32,000 bases of DNA from NCBI GenBank assembly GCA_963675515.1, contig OY776328.1, forward strand, positions 2,580,001 to 2,612,000, read 5' to 3'. The position numbers were made by a program, and so were the translations under genes. Of the stretch, positions 24,351 to 32,000 are shown one piece after another. Below the pieces are notes generated by a model that had not been told where the DNA came from, searched no databases, and saw nothing but the letters and a program-made list of their open reading frames with translations. The stretch's first letter is position 1. Each line of letters begins with the position of its first letter. Source of the DNA: Coprobacillaceae bacterium (lineage in GTDB: Bacteria > Bacillota_I > Bacilli_A > Erysipelotrichales > Coprobacillaceae).

Positions 24351-24927
24351 CGTATTCCTCGATTGTCTCGTGGTAGCGGGTCGCGAAGATGTCGACATTG
24401 TTCGAAGCGCGGACATCTTCGAGTTGCGGCAATTCATCGAGAGACGTCAGGTTGAAGGCATCGAAAAACTCGTCGGTGACACCGTAGAGAATCGGCATGC
24501 CCGGGAGATCGGCCCGGCCGTAGTCCTTGATAAGGGCCCGGGCGACAAGATTGCGGATAGTCGCGTCGCAGCCCACCCCCCTGATCTCTTCGATATCGTT
24601 GCGGGTTATCGGCTGGTTGTAGGCGACAATCGCCAGCGTTTCCATAGCCGCATTCGAAAGACGGGCCTTGCTCTGGTCGGACATTTTCCGGTAGTAGGCT
24701 ATATGCTTGGGATTGGTCGCCATCTTGTAGATGTTGTTGAAATTGACCACAACCAGTCCCTGATCCCCGGCTCTTTTATGTTCAAGATAATTGTCCAGAA
24801 GGATCTGGGCCTGTCTCTTGTCAAGGTCCAGCACCCCCTGGATCTCTCTTAAATCAACGCCATCGTCGCCGCGCAAAAAAAGCATTCCGTCGATGATTTC
24901 AAAATATTCCAATTCGTTCATGGTCAT
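24340..24927 (-). CDS. scpB: Segregation and condensation protein B
   Basis: Reads EAIVYNQPITRNDIEEIRGV...LIKDYGRADLPGMPILYGVTDEFFDAF. Overlaps the scpA 3' end. The start (24927 or 24921) is uncertain. Confidence 0.85.
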   Translation of the reverse strand: MTMNELEYFEIIDGMLFLRGDDGVDLREIQGVLDLDKRQAQILLDNYLEHKRAGDQGLVVVNFNNIYKMATNPKHIAYYRKMSDQSKARLSNAAMETLAIVAYNQPITRNDIEEIRGVGCDATIRNLVARALIKDYGRADLPGMPILYGVTDEFFDAFNLTSLDELPQLEDVRASNNVDIFATRYHETIEEYDEY

Positions 24928-25651
24928 ACCCCCAAACATACATTTTATCAAACAATTGATCCTGCTCGATGACAACCTTCTGGTCCTTGCACAAAACCAG
25001 TACCGCCAGAAAGGTCACCACATAATTGATTTTGCTGTCATCATCTTCCATAAGCATCTCGAGTTCAACCCTTTGGCCCTTCCTGCTGGCAAAGAAGTCC
25101 TCTATCTGCTCACAGCGCTGATCGATCGAGATGTCGACCCGGGCGATATGGGTAGTCAGCGGCCGGGACAGTTCAAGTCGCTGATACATTTTTTTCATCG
25201 CCTTGATAAGTTGGTACACATCGAGATTGTCGGGAATGATGGTCGAAGTGTCGACAACGAATTCCTCCATCGAGCTGGCCGGCTTGATGATCATCGTCTG
25301 GCGACTTTCATATTTTTCCCTGAGCTGGTCAAGCACGTCCTTGTAGCGCTTGTATTCGATCAGACGGCGGATCAGCGCTTCCCGGGGATCTTCTTCATAT
25401 TCGCTCTCAAGGGTGATTGCCGGTTTGGGCAGAAGCAATTTCGATTTCATTTCCAGCAAGTTGGCCGCCATCACCAGATATTCCGAGAGGACGTTGAGAT
25501 TCTGGTTTTGCATCTGGGTGACGTAGCTGACATACTGGTCGCACACCTTGGCCAGCTCGAGATTGGCAAGATCCATCTGTTTTTCCTTGATCAGATGGAG
25601 AAGCAGATCAAGGGGTCCCTCAAATTCTTCAAGCACTACCTGGTAATCCAT
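24899..25651 (-). CDS. scpA: Segregation and condensation protein A
   Basis: MDYQVVLEEFEGPLDLLLHLIKEKQMDL is the canonical ScpA N-terminus. GGAAGGTGG SD. Confidence 0.9.
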   Translation of the reverse strand: MDYQVVLEEFEGPLDLLLHLIKEKQMDLANLELAKVCDQYVSYVTQMQNQNLNVLSEYLVMAANLLEMKSKLLLPKPAITLESEYEEDPREALIRRLIEYKRYKDVLDQLREKYESRQTMIIKPASSMEEFVVDTSTIIPDNLDVYQLIKAMKKMYQRLELSRPLTTHIARVDISIDQRCEQIEDFFASRKGQRVELEMLMEDDDSKINYVVTFLAVLVLCKDQKVVIEQDQLFDKMYVWGYDHERIGIF

Positions 25652-25667
25652 ATTGCCACCTTCCCTT

Positions 25668-26816
25668 TCATTGTTGTCGGGCTTTGAAATGCCGGTAAAT
25701 CTTCAAAGCGAAATGCAACGAACCGCAGACAACAGTCATCTTATTTTGCCCGATCAGGCTTTCGAGCTGCTTGATACTGGAGATCGATTCCCCTTCAAGA
25801 TCCCCGGGCCTGATCGATCTGGGATGGTCATCGTAGTAGATTACAACCCTGAATTTGTTTTGTTCAAGCATTCGATACATTTTTTTGTATTCCTTGTCAA
25901 AGAAGCTGTTGAACACCACCAGAGGATCTTCGAAATCCTTGAGGTTTCCCATAAGCGCCTCGATTCCTGCCACATTGTGGGCTCCGTCCACAATCAAGCT
26001 GTCAGATACCCGGGAAAACCTTCCAGGCAGGGTGGCAGTTTCAATTGCCCTAATTATAGCATCATTTCGTAAAATCGTCCCTTTTTTTCTTAAAAATTCG
26101 ACCGCCGCGAGCACCAAGGCGATATTGGCGGCCTGATAGCTGTTGCAAATCGGACCAATCCTGCAGCTGCGATATTCAAGAATCCCATCATGGATTACGG
26201 GGGCGACAACCGTCTCCAACGGGCAGTTTGCCTCAAGGGCGGCCTGCTTGAATATGGCAAGAACCTCCTTCTTTGTGGCAGTGGTGATCACCGGGGTGGC
26301 GTTCTTGATAATTCCCGCCTTGGCCGATGCGATCTGTTCGATCGAGTTGCCCAGATATTCCTGGTGATCCAATGACACATTGGTGATCATGGCCAGGTCG
26401 TAGTTGAGGACATTGGTGGGGTCCTTTTGCCCGCCCAGTCCCACTTCGATGATGATGAAATCGGGATTTTGTGTCTTGAAATAGGCGAAGGCGATTACCA
26501 GTTCCGCTTCGAATACGCAAAGCGAATACTTCTCAATTGCAAAAAAGTAGCGGTGGTACAGTTTATTAAAAATTTCAGGGTCGATCGGTAATTTGTCCAC
26601 CTGGATGATATCGCTACGCTCAAACAGTTCGGGGGTTTGAAACGTCGCAACCTTGTAATTGGTCATCAGTATCTCGCATAGATAATTGACGGTGGACCCT
26701 TTGCCGTTGGTGCCGCCGACATGGATCTTGAAACCCGGGAGACAATCCAGCTCCAGCTCCTTCAGGCAGGATTTGAAATTGTCCAGACCGATTGATATCC
26801 TTGGTAAGTTTTCCAT
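25668..26816 (-). CDS. folC: Folylpolyglutamate synthase/dihydrofolate synthase (Mur ligase family)
   Basis: HVGGTNGKGST P-loop and Mur-ligase middle and C-terminal domains. No obvious SD precedes the ATG at 26816. Confidence 0.8.
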   Translation of the reverse strand: MENLPRISIGLDNFKSCLKELELDCLPGFKIHVGGTNGKGSTVNYLCEILMTNYKVATFQTPELFERSDIIQVDKLPIDPEIFNKLYHRYFFAIEKYSLCVFEAELVIAFAYFKTQNPDFIIIEVGLGGQKDPTNVLNYDLAMITNVSLDHQEYLGNSIEQIASAKAGIIKNATPVITTATKKEVLAIFKQAALEANCPLETVVAPVIHDGILEYRSCRIGPICNSYQAANIALVLAAVEFLRKKGTILRNDAIIRAIETATLPGRFSRVSDSLIVDGAHNVAGIEALMGNLKDFEDPLVVFNSFFDKEYKKMYRMLEQNKFRVVIYYDDHPRSIRPGDLEGESISSIKQLESLIGQNKMTVVCGSLHFALKIYRHFKARQQ

Positions 26817-26840
26817 AAGAAAAAAGTAGCTGACGCTACT
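26817..26840 (-). terminator. Hairpin + T-run wedged between the darA stop and the folC start
   Basis: AGTAGC-GTCA-GCTACT followed by TTTTTTCTT and then the folC ATG on the minus strand. Confidence 0.45.
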
Positions 26841-27167
26841 TTAGAATTTCAAGAACTGGTCAACATCGAGAACGAATACGGTTGCCCCACCAACCAGAAC
26901 ATCGATCATCATCGGGTTGAAAAATTCGCCCATTTCCGTCGGTGGAATAGTCGGTTCCTTTTCCATCCGCTTGCTGGCATTTTCTTTGATGATGGCAACC
27001 ACCGCATCGACCTTGTCGTCATCAACCCCACTCATTAATGTGGTGTTGCCCTGGCGCAGGAAACCTCCGGTAGTTGACATCCTGGTCACAAAAAAGTTGC
27101 TTTTAGTCAATTCACTTTGAACATTATGGGCATCATCGTCATTGACGATGGCAATTACAAGTTTCAT
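26841..27167 (-). CDS. darA: PII-like cyclic-di-AMP receptor (DarA/PstA, DUF970)
   Basis: MKLVIAIVNDDDAHNVQSELTKSNFFVTRMSTTGGFLRQGNTTLM is typical of this family. 108 aa. Confidence 0.8.
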   Translation of the reverse strand: MKLVIAIVNDDDAHNVQSELTKSNFFVTRMSTTGGFLRQGNTTLMSGVDDDKVDAVVAIIKENASKRMEKEPTIPPTEMGEFFNPMMIDVLVGGATVFVLDVDQFLKF

Positions 27168-27216
27168 AAGAATCCCTCCTTTTCCACATTATAACATTTA
27201 ATAGCTAAAGTGTTAA

Positions 27217-27879
27217 TTAATTTTCAGTATCCAGCTCACGAATTTTGCTTACTTCACCCATGACCAGGACCTTGTCTCCCTTGTTGAATACATATTGGCT
27301 ATCAGGAATCGCATCAAGCTGCATCGCATCGCGTTTTTTGTAGCCAAGCACATTCATATTGTAGTTCTGGCGGACATCCAGCTGGGCCAGATTTTTCCCG
27401 ACCCATTCCTTTGGCACCGTTATTTCCACAATCGCGAAGCGGTCGTTGAGTTCGATGAAGTCCGTGATGGTGGTGCGCGTCAACGAACGGCCCACCCGGA
27501 CACCCATTTCCTTTTCCGCCCGGATTACCCGGTCGGCTCCGACTTTTTCCAGGATCATCTTGGCAGTCTTGTTTTTGGCCTTGGCAATGACCAAAGGAAC
27601 TCCAAGTTCCTTGAGGTGCAGGATGGCAAGAATGGACTCCTCGAGATGGTTCGACAAAGCGACAACCGCTGCATCGAACTCCCCGATTCCAAGCTCCTCC
27701 AACTGGGCCAGATCAGTGACATCTGCCTGGACCGCCTTGGTGACCTCGACAACGACACGGTCGACACAGGAAAGGTCATTGTCGATGGCAAGGACCTCGA
27801 CTCCCTCTTCTTCCAAGGTTGTGGCCACTGTCGAACCAAAAACTCCCAAACCTAGAACGGCACATTGTTTTATTTTCAT
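27217..27879 (-). CDS. ktrA: K+ uptake system gating subunit (RCK_N/RCK_C; KtrA/TrkA)
   Basis: Rossmann motif GLGVFG followed by a C-terminal RCK_C domain. 220 aa. Confidence 0.88.
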   Translation of the reverse strand: MKIKQCAVLGLGVFGSTVATTLEEEGVEVLAIDNDLSCVDRVVVEVTKAVQADVTDLAQLEELGIGEFDAAVVALSNHLEESILAILHLKELGVPLVIAKAKNKTAKMILEKVGADRVIRAEKEMGVRVGRSLTRTTITDFIELNDRFAIVEITVPKEWVGKNLAQLDVRQNYNMNVLGYKKRDAMQLDAIPDSQYVFNKGDKVLVMGEVSKIRELDTEN

Positions 27880-27887
27880 ATTATCTC

Positions 27888-29306
27888 CTATCCGATCAAC
27901 ACATTATCATCGACATAGCGAATCTTGTTTTCACTATAAACGCTGTTCGATTTTTTGACAAAACTGATAAGCATCGTGATCGGCCCGATCCGGCCGATAT
28001 ACATCAACACTATTATGACATACTTGCCGATTTCACTCAAGCCCCCGGTCACCCCGGCCGAAAGGCCGACGGTTCCAAACGCCGAGAAAACCTCGAAGAT
28101 CAGATTGATGACCGACTGGCTTTCCGTTGTGAAGACGATGAACATTCCAATAATCGTCAAAGCGAGCGCAATGATGAAGATGGAAAATGCCCGCAAAACC
28201 TGCCGTTTCTTGATCCGGCGGTTGAAGACGATTACATCGCTGTTACCTTTGTAGATCGAAACGATCATCAAGACGATCAGCCCGAAGGTGACAGTCTTTA
28301 TCCCTCCTGCCGTTCCCGCCGGTGAACCGCCGATGAACATGAACAGACAGAAAATCAGTTTCGCCCCCGGCATCAGACTGGCCATGTCGATTGTCGCAAA
28401 GCCCGCCGTCCGCAAAGTGACCGAAGTGAATCCGGATATCACCAGCTTGTCGAACAGGCTATGAGTGCCCAGGGTTCCGGGATTGTTGTATTCGATGATG
28501 AAGGTCAAAACGGCTCCGGCAAAAAGCAGGATGCCCGTAACCGAAAGGGCGATCTTCGAATGGACTGAAAGATGGGTCAAGTAGTGGGTCAGCGAGAACT
28601 TAGAGGGACGCTTGCGTTCCTTGACAAAACTGTCGTAAAGCTCGAACCAGACAATGAAGCCCAGACCGCCGGTTATGATAAGCAGGGCGATGACCACATT
28701 GACATAGTAGTTGGTCACGTAACCGATAAGCGAACTGGATCCAAGCAGATCGAATCCGGCGTTGCAAAAGGCCGAAATCGAATGGAATACGCTCAAGTAC
28801 AGACCTTTGGCCAGGCCGAATTCAGGCACGAACTGGAAAGACAAGGCAATAGCGCCAATGAGTTCGACCGCCAGGGTAAACCGCAGGATGCGATTGACAA
28901 AAGCCCCCAGGCCGTTGAGCGTCTTCTGGTTGAGCGATTCCTGCAGGACAATCCGGGTCGACAGGGTCAGCTTCCGCTGGACCTGGGCGAGCATGAAACT
29001 AAGCAGGGTCATGAAACCCAGACCTCCGATCTGGATCATGGCCAGAATCACGAGCTGGCCAAATACCGTATATTGTTCCACCACGGTCAAAGGCGTCAGT
29101 CCGGTAACGCACGTTGCCGATGTCGCGATGAAAAAATTGTCGACAAACGGCCGGATGGCCCCATTATTGGAAACCGGCAAAGAAAGCAGCCCGGAACCGA
29201 TGAAAATCACCATCAAAAAACTAGCGGCAATCTGCTGGGTCCCGGTGAAGTTCTTGGTCAGCTTGATGTTCAATTTCTGTATTATCTTCAATTTGTTACC
29301 CTCCAA
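27888..29306 (-). CDS. ktrB: K+ transporter membrane subunit (KtrB/TrkH family)
   Basis: Polytopic membrane protein with repeated selectivity-filter-like motifs TGL, GGLG, TAGF and GTVGLS. Confidence 0.88.
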   Translation of the reverse strand: MEGNKLKIIQKLNIKLTKNFTGTQQIAASFLMVIFIGSGLLSLPVSNNGAIRPFVDNFFIATSATCVTGLTPLTVVEQYTVFGQLVILAMIQIGGLGFMTLLSFMLAQVQRKLTLSTRIVLQESLNQKTLNGLGAFVNRILRFTLAVELIGAIALSFQFVPEFGLAKGLYLSVFHSISAFCNAGFDLLGSSSLIGYVTNYYVNVVIALLIITGGLGFIVWFELYDSFVKERKRPSKFSLTHYLTHLSVHSKIALSVTGILLFAGAVLTFIIEYNNPGTLGTHSLFDKLVISGFTSVTLRTAGFATIDMASLMPGAKLIFCLFMFIGGSPAGTAGGIKTVTFGLIVLMIVSIYKGNSDVIVFNRRIKKRQVLRAFSIFIIALALTIIGMFIVFTTESQSVINLIFEVFSAFGTVGLSAGVTGGLSEIGKYVIIVLMYIGRIGPITMLISFVKKSNSVYSENKIRYVDDNVLIG

Positions 29307-30849
29307 CTACAAACTCACTGCACTTAAGTCCGTCAATGGCGCTTGACATGATTCCTCCGGAATAACCGGCCCCTTCACCAATGGGGTATATTCCCGCGAT
29401 ACTTGAACTGTAGGACTGATCCCTCTTGATGCGGATCGGTGAAGATGAACGGGTTTCAATTCCCGAAAGAACCGCATTGGCGGTGAATCCGGGAATCTTA
29501 TGTTCCATCAACAAAAGCCCCTTTTTCAAGGCATCATTTATTTCCCGGGAAAACAGGGATGAAAGATCCTGGTAGCTGTAACCGGGCTGGACACTTGGAA
29601 CCAGACTGGTTTCACCTTCGATGCCAAGGTAATCCTCGATTTTTTCCACTGGCACATGGTAGTTGCCCCCACCCAGGACGAAGGCCTGCTTTTCGAGAGC
29701 CTCCTGGAATTTGAGACCGGAGAACAGCTCATGACCATAGTCTTCATGGTTCACAGTCACCAGTATGGCGCTATTGGAATTGTCGCGGTCGCGCATGTAA
29801 TCGCTCATCCCGTTGACAACGAGTTTTCCTTCGTGACTCGAAGAATTGATGACGACTCCTCCGGGGCACATGCAAAAAGTATAGACACCACGATCATCAG
29901 GATGGACCGCCAGCTTGTAGCTGGCCGCCTTCAAGCTGGGATGGTTGGCGAACTTGCCATACTGGCTTTCGTTGATGAACTCCCGGCTGTGTTCGATTCT
30001 AAGTCCCACTGCAAAAGGTTTGGCCTCCATCTCGACTCCAAGTCGATAAAGCAGATGGAAGCTGTCCCGGGCGCTATGTCCCAAAGCAAGAACCAGCTTG
30101 TCGCATTCTTGTGTCTCCATCCCCCGGTTTGACATGGTCCTTATCGCCCTGACGCGGTTGTCCTTTGCGATTATGTCGACCATCTTCGTATTGAAAAGGA
30201 TCTCGCCGCCCATTTCAAGGATGGACTTTCTCATGTTTTTGAGGATATTCACCAGCACATCCGAACCGATATGCGGTTTGGCGTCGTAAAGGATGTCTTC
30301 ATGGGCTCCGTATTTCACAAACGTTTCCAGGATGAAATCCTTGCGCAAGTCCTTTACTCCGGTTGTAAGCTTCCCGTCCGAGAATGTTCCGGCCCCGCCT
30401 TCGCCAAACTGGACATTGCTTGATGGATTGAGCAGACCGGTCTCCAGGAATGATTCCACGTCTTTTTGGCGTTGTTCCACCGGAGCCCCCTGTTCAATAA
30501 GTAGCACCTTCTGGCCCCCGCGCGCCAGATTGTAGGCGCAAAACAAGCCCGCCGGCCCGCTGCCCACGACAATCACCCGATCTTGATTCGGTTTGATCTT
30601 GGGATAATGGTAGGCTTGCACGCTTTGCAGGTTGAGCTTGCGGTTCGCCTTGATGACCTGTGGCTCGTTGTCCGTTTCAAACGTGAACGAGCAGATGAAC
30701 GCCAGCTTGTTTTTCCGCCGGGCATCGACCGACTGTTTTACCAGTCTTACGTCTTTTATCTTGTTTTTTTGCAGGTTCAATAGCTGCGAAATTATCTGGC
30801 GATAATTGCGGTCATCAAGACCCACTTTGACATTGTTTATTTTAAGCAT
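29296..30849 (-). CDS. Uncharacterised FAD-dependent oxidoreductase (COG2509-type)
   Basis: VIVVGSGPAGLFCAY dinucleotide-binding motif after an N-terminal domain of about 85 aa. Overlaps the ktrB start by 11 nt. Confidence 0.75.
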   Translation of the reverse strand: MLKINNVKVGLDDRNYRQIISQLLNLQKNKIKDVRLVKQSVDARRKNKLAFICSFTFETDNEPQVIKANRKLNLQSVQAYHYPKIKPNQDRVIVVGSGPAGLFCAYNLARGGQKVLLIEQGAPVEQRQKDVESFLETGLLNPSSNVQFGEGGAGTFSDGKLTTGVKDLRKDFILETFVKYGAHEDILYDAKPHIGSDVLVNILKNMRKSILEMGGEILFNTKMVDIIAKDNRVRAIRTMSNRGMETQECDKLVLALGHSARDSFHLLYRLGVEMEAKPFAVGLRIEHSREFINESQYGKFANHPSLKAASYKLAVHPDDRGVYTFCMCPGGVVINSSSHEGKLVVNGMSDYMRDRDNSNSAILVTVNHEDYGHELFSGLKFQEALEKQAFVLGGGNYHVPVEKIEDYLGIEGETSLVPSVQPGYSYQDLSSLFSREINDALKKGLLLMEHKIPGFTANAVLSGIETRSSSPIRIKRDQSYSSSIAGIYPIGEGAGYSGGIMSSAIDGLKCSEFVVGG

Positions 30850-31960
30850 TTTTCATTGCCTCCATAATGGCCTGACACGCCTTTTTTGCCGATGTGAAGG
30901 CGAAATGGAGATTATATCCGCCACAATCGCCATCCACATCCAAAGCCTCACCTATTATATAATAATTGGGCCACGATTTTAAAGAGAAATCGTCATTGAT
31001 ATCCCCGATATCGACGCCCCCCCGCATCACCTGGGCCCTGGAAAAATCCAGGGTTCCGGTTACTTGGAAACCAAAGTTCTTGTAGTCGGTGATATTCGCT
31101 GCTTTGAGCACATTGGCCAGCTTCTCGACAAAGATAAGCTTGCGGTAATCCCCGCCGAACCGTTCAAGATGTTCCTCGTGCAGCTTTATGGCCTGTTCCC
31201 GCGAAAAATTGGGGAGGAGATCGACCACGACTTCAACTTTCGAGTTTTTATATTCATTGTAATAGCGGCTCAACTCCATGATGCAGATACCCGACAGGCC
31301 GGTTTCATTGAACAGCACCTCTCCGATGCGCCACGTGATTTCCCGGTTGTCCGCTTTCAGGGTCACCTTGGCCTTGACCCGGACCCCTTTTAGCTGGGGA
31401 TAGACCGGACTGGTTTTTAACATGACAAGTACCGGCTGCCACGGAATGATATGCACCGGCAACGAGGCGTTGAGACTTTCGACAATCGGATTGTATCCGC
31501 CGGCAATCGAACCCGTCGCATTGATCACGAAATCGCAAACCAGGACACCCTTGTTGGTTTCGACAAGGAATGCCTCGTTTTTTTTCACCGCAAATACCTG
31601 GGTTTCAAGCATTACTTCGACATTGTCCATATTCATCAAAAAGGCTTCAAGCACGGTCTTGGCGCTTGAAGAATATGGGTAGACCAGGTTGTTGTCGAAA
31701 CGCACCGGCATTCCCAGCCGGTCGAATTCTTCCACAACCTTAAATGAGCTAAGATCCTTCAAAAAACGCTCCCCATTGTAATATCTGGTCTGGTCAATTG
31801 CCATATTGGATATGTTGCCCCGGCCGTTCCCGGTCGCCAGGAGTTTTTTTCCCAGCTTGTTGTTCTGTTCGATCAAGATCACGCGACAGCCACTTGAATT
31901 GAGCTGGCTGGCCGCAAAAAGTCCGGCTGCCCCACCGCCGATTATTATTATTGTTTTCAT
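30842..31960 (-). CDS. HI0933/BaiN-like NAD(P)/FAD-dependent oxidoreductase (372 aa)
   Basis: MKTIIIIGGGAAGLFAA. The ATG at 31960 is preceded by GAGGAG; the TTG at 31972 was rejected. C-terminus GYNLHFAFTSA. Confidence 0.78.
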   Translation of the reverse strand: MKTIIIIGGGAAGLFAASQLNSSGCRVILIEQNNKLGKKLLATGNGRGNISNMAIDQTRYYNGERFLKDLSSFKVVEEFDRLGMPVRFDNNLVYPYSSSAKTVLEAFLMNMDNVEVMLETQVFAVKKNEAFLVETNKGVLVCDFVINATGSIAGGYNPIVESLNASLPVHIIPWQPVLVMLKTSPVYPQLKGVRVKAKVTLKADNREITWRIGEVLFNETGLSGICIMELSRYYNEYKNSKVEVVVDLLPNFSREQAIKLHEEHLERFGGDYRKLIFVEKLANVLKAANITDYKNFGFQVTGTLDFSRAQVMRGGVDIGDINDDFSLKSWPNYYIIGEALDVDGDCGGYNLHFAFTSAKKACQAIMEAMKNA

Positions 31961-32000
31961 AAGACTCCTCAATTGCTACCCATATATTTTACCACATTCA

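Noticed and set aside
24791-25687. 298-aa plus-strand ORF, plus similar ORFs at 25653-26072, 27295-27958 and 28572-29346
   Set aside because: They are antisense to scpA, folC, ktrA and ktrB. Such long open frames are typical of the complementary strand of moderate-GC genes, and they have no start-site signals.
1-32000. CRISPR arrays, rRNA genes, or tandem repeats beyond the IS termini
   Set aside because: No regularly spaced direct repeats or rRNA-like segments were seen on reading the sequence. The repeats present are all explained by IS inverted repeats, TSDs and hairpins.

Overview
The window looks like a Firmicutes-type chromosome, with a T-box-controlled thrS, ScpAB, KtrAB/DarA and a PPi-type PFK. 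It has three parts.

(1) 1-11.3 kb is a conserved core: a flavodoxin-like gene, pfp-rRNA methyltransferase-HD on the plus strand, and thyA-folA-plsC-DUF134, thrS and rluB on the minus strand.

(2) ~11.3-21.4 kb is a visibly AT-rich accessory island that is essentially an IS graveyard. An ISL3 element carrying a nested IS3 element splits a secreted-protein gene. An IS4/IS1634-like element sits inside the remnant of another IS4/IS1634-like transposase gene. A third IS4/IS1634-like element splits a tyrosine-integrase gene. All four insertions have readable inverted repeats and target-site duplications, so the pre-insertion genes can be rebuilt in frame.

(3) 21.6-32 kb is core again, all on the minus strand: Fe-ADH, LysR, DUF5662, scpB, scpA, folC, darA, ktrA, ktrB and two FAD oxidoreductases.

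Most notable is an apparently intact IS200/IS605 element (tnpA + tnpB with matching end hairpins). It lies exactly between the thrS T-box leader/terminator and the thrS ribosome-binding site. Its structured tnpB 3' tail is therefore a candidate omega RNA whose guide would read into the thrS SD and start codon. The second point of interest is a decayed two-gene module in the island. It encodes a secreted protein with a textbook amphipathic Ser/Thr beta-hairpin (aerolysin-like pore-former signature) and a membrane-anchored acidic protein. No CRISPR array, rRNA or tRNA gene was seen.
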